Origin: Octopus vulgaris
Lineage: Eukaryota
DNA: 64,000 bases
Reading direction: 5' to 3'
Assembly (NCBI GenBank): GCA_951406725.2
Contig: OX597816.1
Coordinates: forward strand, 10,230,001-10,294,000
Shown here: positions 12,401-23,562 of the stretch, piece by piece
Layout: each line of letters begins with the position of its first letter
Numbering within the stretch: position 1 is the stretch's first letter
Notes under the pieces: model-generated
The model's input: only the letters and a program-made list of their open reading frames with translations
Databases searched by the model: none
Told to the model about the DNA's origin: nothing
Program-made: the position numbers and the translations under genes

Positions 12401-14739
12401 TTGATGTTACTGCCATCACCTTTTACGTCCTTCTCTTCCTCTGTTGTGTCTGTGTGTGTGCAATGGCTGTGTGGTTCAGAAACACGATTTCTTCCAAGTT
12501 CATAGTTTTCAGTTCAGTCCCATTCCATGGCACCTTGGGCAAGTGTCTTTTGCTATAGCCCCAGGCTGACCAATGCTATGAGAGAGAATTTGGTAGACAG
12601 AAACTAAAGGCGTCGAGCTGGCAGAAATGTTAGCACACTGGGCGAAATGCTTAGTGGTATTTCATCTGCCAGTACGTTCTGAGTTCAAATTCCGCCAAGG
12701 TTGACTTTGCCTTTCATCCTTTCGAGGTCGATAAATTAAGTACCAGTTATGCACTGGAGTCAATGTAATCGATTTAATCTGTTTATCTGTCCTCTCTGTG
12801 TTTAGCCCCTTGTGGGTAGTAAAGAAATAGGTATTTCGTCTGTCTTTACATTCTGAGTTCAAATTCTGCCAAGGTTAACTTTGCCTCTCATTCTTTCGGG
12901 GTCGATAAATAAAGTACCAGTTACACACTGGGGTCATTGTAACCGACTTAAACCCTTTGTCTGTCCTTGTTTGTTCCCTCTATGTTTAGCCCCTTGTGGG
13001 CAATAAAGAAATAAGAAACTATGAGGAAACTCATCATGTATGTGTGGTGTGATTATTTGAGTCTGTTTTTCTCACCACACCACCATTTGGTTACCGGTGT
13101 TGGTTTGTTTATGTCCCTATAATTTGAAAGTTACTAAAAGTGGCCACTAGAATAAGTACCAGATTTTAAAATAAGCACTGGTGTTGATCTGTTTGACTAA
13201 GACTCTCCAAGATGGCAACCCAGTATAAGTCACAGTATAATGACTCTCTCTTTCTAAATATATATATATATATATATATATATCTGTGCGTAAAATACAC
13301 CATTTGAGTGTGACCGTTGCCAGTACCTCCTGACTGGCCCTCATGCCGGTGGTACGTAAAAGCACCCACTACACTCTCGGAGTGGTTGGCGTTAGGAAGG
13401 GCATCCAGCTGTAGAAACTCTGCCAGATCAGATTGGAGCCTGGTGCAACCTCCTGGTTTGCCAACCCCTCAGTCAAACCGTCCAACCCATGCCAGCATGG
13501 AAAGCGGACGTTAAATGATGATGATGACGATGTTGATCTTTTACCTTTCTTCAGTCATTAGACTGCTGCCATGCTGGAGCACTGCCTGGAAGAGCTTTTA
13601 GTTGATTGAATCCAAACCTATCCTTTTTTTTTTGCGAACCCTGATACTTATTCTATCAATGTCTTTTACCAAACTGCGGAACCATGGGGCTGAGAAGCAA
13701 ACTTCTTACCACATGGCCACAACAACACCTGTCTATTAAAAAAAATTTTTGTTATTGTGGTCAGTAATGTGTGAATTTTTATGTTATTGTTATTTAACCT
13801 TTGTTTATTTCTTATCAAGTAGATTAATAACAAAAGACATTCCAACCGTGACTAACCTGTCATTTGTTAAGAACAATATCCTTAATATTACATTATCTGG
13901 CACCTGTGCTGGTGGCACGTAAAAAGCACCCACTACACTCTCAGAGTGGTTGGCATTAGGAAGGACATCCAGCTGTAGAAACTCTGCTGCCAGATCAGAT
14001 TGGAGCCTGGTGCAGCCATCTGGTTTGCCAGCCCTCAGTCAAACCGTCCAACCCATGCTAGCATGGAAAGCGGACATTAAACGATGACGACGATGATGAT
14101 GATATCTAAATGTCTGTCTTTCCTATTTCCGAGAGAGTAAACCGTGCATTTGAAATACATTTCGCTGTGATGTCTAGCAGACTAAACAACCACATGGAGT
14201 CCCTTTCATTTGCTGCTTCATTTTCCTGTTGCATTGCTGTTGCCATTGGAGCATGTCTGTCCACACGAGTTTGTTGTTATCGTGTCATAATCGTTCACGC
14301 TTTCATTGTGTATGCAACGGTGGTGGTGGTGGTCATGGTTGTGGTGGTAGTGTCAGTGTTATTCCTATGAGATGTTGATTCTTCTGGTAGCTGCTGCCAT
14401 TTATGCGTGTATCCGCCTGTGCACTGCCGTCATCGTCATCGTCATCATTGTTGTTGTTGTTGTTGTTGCTATAGTTATAAGGCCTACAGATGCTGTTAAT
14501 AGTGAGGTGTGTAGCCTTTGTTGCTGTTTACCTTTCACTTTTATCAATATTTAATAAAGCATTCATGTATGGGTTACTAAGCTTCTGAATCAATATGAAA
14601 ATGATAAATACAAACACAATGGTGCCATTGTCACGCATTAGGTGTAGGTGTTATGCTCTTGCAGGGGAAAGAGGGGAATAAAACAAACGGCAAGACAATA
14701 TACAGGCTTACAAACATGCAACTCTCTCTTACCCTCTGG

Positions 14740-14764
14740 ATATATATATATATATATATATATG

Positions 14765-14798
<34 letters not shown>

Positions 14799-14948
14799 AG
14801 ATATGTATGTATATATATGTATATATATGTATGTATATATATGTATATGTATGTATATATATGAATATGTATGTATATGTATATATATATGTATATATGT
14901 ATATATATATGTATGTATATATGTATGTATATATATATGTATATATGC

Positions 14949-14986
<38 letters not shown>

Positions 14987-15019
14987 GCATATATATATAT
15001 ATATGTATATATATATATG

Positions 15020-15050
<31 letters not shown>

Positions 15051-15201
15051 GTATGTATGTATGTGTATGTATGTATGTGTATGTATGTATGTGTATGTGT
15101 ATGTATGTATGTGTATGTATGTATGTGTATGTATGTATGTATGTGTATGTGTGTATGTGTATATATATGTGTGTATATATATGTATGTATGTGTATGTAT
15201 A

Positions 15202-15246
<45 letters not shown>

Positions 15247-15250
15247 ATAT
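14740..15250. repeat. (TA/TATG)n microsatellite (others 44580-44955, 52920-53365, 55182-55435, 60680-60830)
   Basis: Directly visible. Confidence 0.97.
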
Positions 15251-15570
15251 AAAATATAATGTGTGTGTTTGTGAACATGTAATAGCATCATCATCACCAT
15301 AGTCATCATCAACATCATTGTTTTACGTCTGCTTTCCCCGTGCTGCCTTGTGTTAGATGGATCATCGTTTTTTTCGAAGCCTGTTTGTTTTTGGAATAAC
15401 CACCATCCTATGAAAAAAAACAAAAAAACAATCTGTATGTCACGCTCAAAAGTTATGGGTCATAAATGCAGAAAACTGTTTTTCTCGACTGGCTTCACCA
15501 TAAACTCCAACAAACACACATGCTTGCATATATACATGTATACACACACATATATGCATATATATATATT

Positions 15571-16258
15571 CAAGTTGTGATGGATAAATTGTTGCTATTT
15601 TATATTTTTAATTTCACACATGTGCATTGTTTGTTCTTGATTTTGTTGACTATACAGTATAGTAGGGTCAGTTGGGCACCATCTATGAGAAAAACAGCAC
15701 CATGATGCAATTCACTCAGCCAGAAATTTGGAAACGACATGCTTGGCATTCATGTTGGAAGCTTCATTGCAAACATTTTCGAGTGTTTGAATGTCAATCT
15801 GAAGATACGTACCAAAAGTGATAAAAATCAAACATCCAATCAACATCATGGTGTTTGGAATGATCACTAGTGATGGTGACGTTATGCTTCCATTCATCTT
15901 GCCACAAGGAGGCTTACATCAAGTGCCTGGAGGCAGTAGTGCTATCTTGGGTGAAGAGGGTGGCTGCTGGAAGGCCCTGTGTCTAGCAACAGGACTCTGC
16001 ACCATGCCACACAAGCAGAAGAACCCAGTTATGGCTGTCAGACAATTTCTGTGACCACATCACCACCAACTCTCCAGACTGCAAGCTCCTTGGTTATTAT
16101 GTGTGGGGCACAGTTCAATGAGACACCAACAAAACTCCTTGTAACACCAAAGATAAACTGAAGGCAAGGATTATGATAGCATTCACCAATTTAAACAAGG
16201 ATACTTTCCAGAAGAATTGCAGGAGATTCCAAAGTCATCTGGAGGCTGTGGTTGAATC
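15571..16258 (+). mobile_element. DD37D maT element, second copy, 3'-truncated
   Basis: High nucleotide similarity to 54314-55040 (catcatggtgtttgga.tgatcactagtgatggtgac; gaaggcaaggattatg). Confidence 0.88.
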
Positions 16259-17931
16259 CTACATAAATACAGAGGTATAGAGTGTTAGGTGTGATGTACA
16301 GAATTGAATACTGAGAAAAAAAAAATCATCAGAATTTTGGAAAGAAATCCTTTTATTTCTTCATTATAATTAGCACTTTATTTCCTCTCTAGAACTTGTC
16401 AAATAGAATGTTGTGAATCTACAAACAGCTTGATTCATTTATATAAAACATGTATGTTGTGGGTTTTGTTTAGAAGAGAATATTGTTTTTTTTTCTTCTT
16501 TTTTTTAGTGTGGTTCCAAGACAATGGAGATGGATAGATAGAAATATAGGCAGGTTATCTGAGTTCAAATTCTGCCAAGGTTAACTTTGCCTTTCATCCT
16601 TTCAGGGTCGATAAATAAAGTACCAGTTACGCACTGGGGTCATTGTAACCGACTTTATCCCTTTGTCTGTCCTTGTTTGTTCCCTCTATGTTTAGCCCCT
16701 TGTGGGCAATAAAGAAATAAGAAACTATGAAGAAACTCATCATGTATGCGTGGTGTGATTATTTGAGTCTGTTTAGGCTGATAGATAGATGGACAGATAG
16801 AACGCACTTCTTTTGTATATTTTTTCTTTGGCGACGATTGGTGTCTTATATCTGGCCAAAATATTCTATTTGTTTCATGTTCAAAGTGGCCAGGTCTGGC
16901 CTCTCAAACCAACCCTACAATGTCATTCTAAAAATTAAAAGTTTCCTCATCAAAATCTCAAATTTAGAAAATAATACAGGGTTAATTCGAAACAATGTGA
17001 ATAAATAGCGGAGTGTGTCTGTGTGGTAAGAAGCTTGCTTCCCAACTACATGGGTGCAGGTTCAGTTCCACTGCGTGACCCATTGAGCAAGTGTCTTCTA
17101 CACTAACCCTGGGCCAATCGAAGCCTTGTGAGTGGTAGACGGAAATTGTATATATATATATGTATGTATTTATTTATTTATATGTGTGTGTCCTTTTGAC
17201 TGTGTTTCTCCTACCACCATCGCTTGACAACCAATTTTGGTGTGGTTATGTCTCCGTAACATAGCAGTTTGGCAAAAGAGACCGATAGAATGAGTACCAG
17301 GCTTAAAAAAGGAAGTGCTTGGCTTGATTCATATGAGTAAAACTTCTTGAAGGCGCTACTCCAGGATGGCTGCTGTCTAATAACCAAAACAAGTAAAAGG
17401 TAGAAGATATGTTTGTAGGTGTGTAGTTAGGCTTCAAAGAAAATAAGACCTGAGGTCAATTTCTTTGACTAAAACTCTTTAAGGTGATGCTCCAGCATGG
17501 CCACAGTCAGATGAGTAAAACAATACAAAAATTAATTACTTTTGATAGGTTAGTGGGAATGACAAAGAGTTAAATATCTTATTTTTTGACTGAGTTCTAC
17601 TGGGAGTCTAGGTAACCTTGTAGGTAAAGGTGTAGATAACCAGCAGCAAAGAACATACTGGAGCTTCTGGCCAGGGTTCAATCCTGTCCTGAGTACAACC
17701 AGATGGGTTTTTCACTTACTTTTTGATTCTACATCTGTACAAAAATAAAATTATATAATAATAAATGTAGAAGTTGCTGTATGGTAAGAATCTTGCTTCC
17801 CAACCACATGGTTCTGGGTTCAGTCCCACTGCTTGGCACCTCAGACAAGTCTTTTACTGTAGGCTCAGACTGGCCAAAGCCTTGTGAGTGGATTTGGTAG
17901 ACAGAAACTGAAAGAAGCCTGTTGTGTGTTA

Positions 17932-17961
<30 letters not shown>

Positions 17962-17962
<1 letters not shown>

Positions 17963-18278
17963 AATGAAAGAATGGAGTCAAACGACGATTTAACAAAATT
18001 CCTTTATTCTTGACATATATTTTAAAGAAACACTCATTATCACTATGGACTCCATGTGGGCAGTCATCTAAAAGTTTTTGTTCATCATGATGCTGACATA
18101 AGTTCCTTGTCTTTCCTGATGAGAAGGCAGCATAATGCACCCTTTATTCCTTCGGAATTAAGAATATGCAGTCTTCGAAACATATGTCGAGAATAAAGAC
18201 CGTGTTTTCTGACGTGAATTTGCTACCCGGGTATCGGTTAACCGAATTGTCCATACTAGGATAATTCATTCACCTACT

Positions 18279-18281
<3 letters not shown>
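17962..18281. mobile_element. Penelope-like element pLTR remnant inserted in the (TA)n of a SINE
   Basis: Flanked by (TA)n on both sides; carries the hammerhead plus AATAAA and an inverted partial copy (18001-18023). Confidence 0.65.
18109..18200 (+). ncRNA. Type I hammerhead ribozyme motif, Penelope-like-element type
   Basis: CTGATGA 18116-18122; stem II GAAGGC/GTCTTC extended by GCATA/TATGC; GAAA 18177-18180; palindromic stem III ACATATGT; GTC cleavage triplet ending at 18188; stem I TTTC/GAGA or GTCTTT/AAAGAC; AATAAA at 18192-18197. Confidence 0.82.
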
Positions 18282-18361
<80 letters not shown>

Positions 18362-19904
18362 CGCAAACACTGTCAAACGTCATTGATGTGTTTGCATCCT
18401 CATAATGTAGTGGTTTGGAAAAGAGACTGATAGAATAAGAACCAAGCTTAAAAAAGAAGTGCAGGGGTCAATTCATTCAACAAAAATTCATGGTGTCCCA
18501 GCATGGCCAGTCTAACGATAGATAAAGATAAAATATATAGCCCTTCATAATTTCAAGAAGGGATTGAAACCCTCAACCTTCATACAAAATACTAAGATAT
18601 ACTTTACCAACATCAATGCCCATACAGCCACCAAAGCAGCTCTTATTTCAAGCCTAAAAATGAAGTAATTAAATCTATTTTTATTTATTGGACGATATTA
18701 TAGATTTAAGTATCTCTTCTGTGACAGAAGTTAATGGGGGGACCCGGTAGGCTCATGAGTAAAGGTGTGTGTGTGTGTAGATGAATAGTGTGAGAGGAGC
18801 TTGTTCAGGTTTCAAGACAGATCAGGATGTAGGTAAGATTTTTTTTTTTTTTTTTTTCATCAAGGATATTAAATAAAAAAAAAAAAAATTCTTAACAGTA
18901 GTTACAGATAGAGATTGAAACCTCTATCTTCATACAAGACTATTAAGTAAATTACCAACACATTTACCCATTAGGCCATCAAGGCAACAACTGAAAAGCA
19001 GTTTGAAAATGAGATATTTAAATCTATTTTCATTCTTGATTTGATGCTGTGATGACTTATCTTATTTTCCACAGAAATTAATGGGGTACCCAATGGACTT
19101 GTAAGGGACACGGATAATGATACAGTGTGATAGGACATCCTGCATAATCTGGTACTGAGTTAAAGACAGATCAGGGTGAGTAAGATTTTTCATCTAAATT
19201 TTTTTTTTTATCAACAGTTTTAAAAAAGAAAAACTTTAAACAGTAGTTCTAAGTAGAGATTGAAACCTCTATCATCTTGCAATGTTATTGATGTTAAATT
19301 ACCAACACCTTTATCCAGGGGACCATCTCAGCAGCAACAAGGGTCAGCTTAAGAGTGGTATATTTGAATCTATTCTCGGATTTATCTCATTTTTCACTGA
19401 ACTGAGAAGTGAGAGACCCAATAAATTAGTGGGTTAATGGAATTGTGAAGCAGAATAACAGCTTAGAGGGAAGATTCTGTCCATGGTTCAATACTGGGCA
19501 GAGTGGAAATGAAAATTGTATGCCTTCCTTTTTTTTTATGTGTAGATAAATTTTCTTTTTTTTTTTCTATGTCTATATACTCTTTACTCTTTTCTTGTTT
19601 CAGTCATTTGACTGCGGTCATGCTGGAGCACCACCTTTAATCGAGCAACTCAACCCCGGGACTTATTCTTTTGTAAGCCCAGTACTTATTCTATCGGTCT
19701 CTTTTGCCGAACCGCTAAGTAATATATATATTTTTTTTAATGCTAAACAAGCATGTTCATAGGACAAGTTGAAACCTCTTCTCATCTATCATGATTACTT
19801 ATAGGGCATTTACCCACACTACCATCAATGCTGCATCTGAAATCCATTTAAAAGCAGGGTATTTAAACCTATTTTCATTATTCATCTCACTTTTGACAGA
19901 TGCC

Positions 19905-20132
19905 TTAACCCTTTAGCATTCAAATTACTCTGTCAAATGTAAAACCTGTTTAATTACATTGTTTTAAATTAATTGTGCAGCCTCTTGTAACTCTGAGATT
20001 TTGATGATGACCCTGTTAATTTTTAGAAGGACTTTGTAGGGTAGGTATGAGAGGTCAGAGCTGGCTGGTTTGAGAATGAAACAGGAAAACAATTTTGGTC
20101 TGGTATGGCCGGTTTAAACACTAAAGGGTTAA
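19905..20132. mobile_element. TTAA-flanked piggyBac-type MITE (copies 55776-56001, 59141-59365 inverted, partial about 16840-17005)
   Basis: TTAA-CCCTTTAG...CTAAAGGG-TTAA termini, about 225 bp, several related copies. Confidence 0.85.
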
Positions 20133-20280
20133 AGGAACACCCAGTAGGCTAGTGGTTAAAGCTGTGCACAGACAAAGAACTGTAAGACATCCTGACGAAG
20201 GTTCAAAACTAATTAAGATGAAAACACTTTTTTATCTTTTTTTTTTTTCTGTCATATCCAGAAAAATAAAAAAAATATTC

Positions 20281-22890
20281 TTAACATGCTGACTGCCCAA
20301 CTACGAAGGCAATCTACACAATTTTGCCAGGTAGGAGCATACTCGTAGAGGTCTATTTTATTGTAACGTGCTTAAAATGAACTGGAGCCTGGAACTAACA
20401 TTGTGAGTGTGTTGTGGAAACACTAGAGATACGACTTAACTCGTATCATGGCATCTGCCAGGAAATATATTTGGTAAAACATCTATATATCTATCAGGTA
20501 TAAGAAAAAATATATTTCCTTTATCATTTGTTGCAGTTTTTCACATTTGGGTTGTAATAGCATATAAAATTTTAATTCCTCCAAATTGAAATACATTATA
20601 ACATGAAAAAATGATCGTAAAGTGAAAAAAATGAATGTAAAGAAAATACAGAAAGATTACTGAAAAATATTTAGTTATTGAAGCTTACAAGTGGAACCAA
20701 TTTTTATTCTTTTTCTAACAAATTTGGAATAAAACAGGTTTATTCAAAAAATTGTAGACAGAATGTCAAATTATTCTGCCTGGGATGCCTTGAAACATTT
20801 TTCTACGCACGAAGCTGGTTCCTCTGGGCATGCAGCACAAGTGTACCTAGTTTATTTATGAAGTTTCTTTCCTGTACACACCCTGAATTGTTTGGTTGGC
20901 CTTTGTTTCTTTTCCGTAGCTGGAATTGCTTCCAAGTAGTGGAAATCTTCTACTGCTGGAACTGGAGTTTCTTTTCGTACGAAAGGTTCACCAAGCAAAT
21001 GCAGCCCTACATTATCTCTAAACTTTACAAGTTTCATTTGAGTGTTTTCTACTTGGCAATACACCTTGTGGGCATTATGGATGAGAATTCCAAAGATATG
21101 TAGACCAATTTTCTTGTACCAACGGAGTGTTTTCCAAGGACAAGAATAATTTGGAAGGAGGTGAGCTGACAGAAATGTTAGCACGCCGGGCGAAAGGCTT
21201 AGTGGTATTTTGTCTGCCGCTACGTTCTGAGTTCAAATTCTGCCGAGGTCGACTTTGCTTTTCATCCTTTTGGGGTCGATTAAATAAATACCAGTTACGC
21301 ACTGGGGTCGATTAAATAAATACCAGTTACGCACTGGGGTCGATTAAATAAATACCAGTTACGCACTGGGGTCGATATAATCAACTTAATCCTTTTGTCT
21401 GTCCTAGTTTGTCCTCTCTGCATTTAGCCGCTTGTGGGTAGTAAAGAAATAGGTATTTCGTCTGCCGTTATATTCTGAGTTCAAATTCCACCGAGGTTGA
21501 CTTTACCTTTCATCCTTTCGGGGTCGATAAATTAAGTACCAGTTATGTACTTGGGTCGATATAATCGACTTAATCCCTTTGTCTGTCCTTGTTTGTCCCC
21601 TCTATGTTTAGCCCCTTGTGGGCACTAAAGAGATAAGAATAATAGAAAAGCATTTGATCTGATCTATCTACTCCTGACATACTGTTGTTATAATCTTTTA
21701 CAATACTGGGCTTCTTTGATTTTTTTTCCATTACGATTTATCAGATCTACCATTTCCACTTGGTGCTTATTACTAATTGCCAATACGTCTCTCTTCTCTT
21801 TCCGTTTTCACACAACTACTTCGTCTGATCTTATCCATTCTGACTCTCCTTTCTTCAACTTTTTTTTTTACCAAATCCTTGGGGTTGTCTTTTCGGGTAA
21901 ACCTCAGAGTTCCACATTTTTATTTGAGTAGATCACTGTGACACTGCTTTTGTCAAAGAAACAGAGTTGTAGTAATCATCTGTGTACAGAATATAACCTT
22001 TATCAAGGAACTCATCCATCAGACTAAGCACCACTTGACCTAAATGCCCCAAGATGCCAGTTTGAGCATCTGGCTTTCCTGAATAGATCAGAATTTTTCG
22101 AACAATACCACTTGATACACGAAGTTCATACAACTTTACACCATACTTATGTCTCTTGTTCTTTAAGTACTGGCAAAATATTAATCAGCCACACCAAAGT
22201 ACCATGGACTCATCAATACAAACTTCTCTCTCTGGGATGTATCATCATCATCATCGTTTAACGTCTGCTTTCCATGCTAGCATGGGTTGGACAGTTCAAC
22301 TGGAATCTGGGAAGCCCGAAGGCTGCACCAGGCCAGTCAAATCTGGCAGAGTTTCTACTGCATCTACTGCAATGCCAACCACTCCGTGAGTGTAGTGGGT
22401 GCTTTTTATGTGCCACCGACACAGGTGTCAGACGAGGCTGGCGAACGGCCATGCTCGGATGGTGTTTTTTTGTGCCACCGACACAGGTGCCAGACAAGGC
22501 TGATTATTGAAATATCTAAGAATGGGATTAATTTTATGCAAACGATCACCATTATCTTCGTTGTTTGAAAAGTGAAGAAATTGGAGCAGCAACTGAAAAT
22601 GATTCTGACTCATTACGGAAGGAAAAAGAGATTTGTATAAAATGTTAGAGGACCAATAACTTTCTACAGATGGTTTGGGCCATCATGTACCCATTTGTAA
22701 CATCAGGCCAAAGAAACACTTCCTTTCCGTCACATTTGTTCTGTGCCACTCTTTGAACTGGGATGATCTTCGTACAAGACCTTGCTGTTGATCTAACATC
22801 TGCATAGCATAAGCATTGGTTTCCTCAACTAATACAGTCCAAAATTCATCTGTCAGAAATTGGTCGATAACTTCTCCTATAGAGTTTAGT
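20281..22890 (-). mobile_element. Decayed piggyBac (PGBD4-like) DNA transposon, interrupted by a SINE and an RTE 3' UTR
   Basis: Fragments LVEETNAYA..W..T...E.KCFFGL, MSQNHFQLLLQFLHFSNN..DRLHKI.P, KYGVKLYEL..LYTDDYYNSVSL, KTLRWYKKIGLH and a Cys-rich C-terminus; TTAA at 20281-20284 marks one end. The other end was not located. Confidence 0.9.
21155..21636 (+). mobile_element. tRNA-headed SINE family B with Meta-domain-like core, often tandem dimeric (others about 4724-4949+, 12608-13015+, 27433-27809+, 58200-58940+, 59800-60128+, 7530-7720-, 8160-8335-, 10128-10342-, 10500-10708-)
   Basis: gagctggcagaaacgttagc (A box), gagttcaaattcc (B box), core tttgcctttcatcctttcggggtcgataaattaagtaccag resembling the MetaSINE/Sauria-type conserved domain. 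This copy is flanked by aagaataat; the 27433-27809 copy has a 16-bp TSD ggtattggacaccatg. Confidence 0.85.
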
Positions 22891-23270
22891 GTCCAATGAA
22901 GGAAAGGTACACCCTGGCATAGGCCACGGGTTATGGTCTCACTTAGCTTGCTGGGTCTTCTCACACACTGCATATTTCCAAAAGTCTTGGTCACTAGTCA
23001 TTGCCTTGGTGAGGCCTAATGATATATATATATCTGTATTTTGAGTAATTCATGACAAGGTACGCCTTTGATAAAACAGTTGTCCCTGCAAAGTAAATTA
23101 AATAAAATTTATATATATGTATATAATATATAACTAATAAAAAGGGTGGCTTATTAGCAATTAGAACTTAAAGGCAAAATTAATGAAGATAATTATCTTA
23201 TCTTAGCATTTTCATCACCTATATGTATGTATGTATTTATGCATGCATGTATGTATATATATATATATAT

Positions 23271-23322
<52 letters not shown>

Positions 23323-23349
23323 GTATATATATATGTATGTACACACACA

Positions 23350-23562
23350 CAAGGAGGTGCTGTAAAGTTCCTGTTTTAGGTAAAAGAAAATAGAGAATCA
23401 GTTTATTATGATTTCATATAACGTAATCTCCCCTCAACTTCACACACTTATTGCAGTGGTCCTTCAGTTTTTCTAAACCCTGTAAAAGATCTCAGAAGGT
23501 TGGGACTCCAACAAGGCCTTTTGCAATACCCTTAAAACTAGGAACTTTTCAGCACCCCCCAT
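23350..23562. mobile_element. Mariner-type MITE with ~30-bp TIRs
   Basis: ggaggtgctgtaaagttcctgttttagg versus ccttaaaactaggaacttttcagcacccc. Confidence 0.75.

Larger units (their letters stand above)
17570..20280. other. Degenerate tandem array (~340-bp period) of divergent tRNA-like Pol III cassettes
   Basis: Five plus-strand and four minus-strand cassettes with A-box-like and B-box-like motifs, oligo-T ends and shared upstream motifs (see findings). Confidence 0.7.

Noticed and set aside
14110-14554. Hydrophobic ORFs resembling membrane proteins
   Set aside because: Driven by (GTG/GTT/CAT)n low complexity; no motif or splice support.
14631-15423. YI/HT-repeat ORFs (also 2.4-3.3, 44.6-45.0, 52.8-53.5, 55.1-55.6 and 60.6-60.9 kb)
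   Set aside because: Dinucleotide microsatellite artefacts.
23051-23106. Possible second Penelope hammerhead remnant (aaaacagttgtc..aataaa)
   Set aside because: CUGA core and G12 are missing; too degenerate to support.
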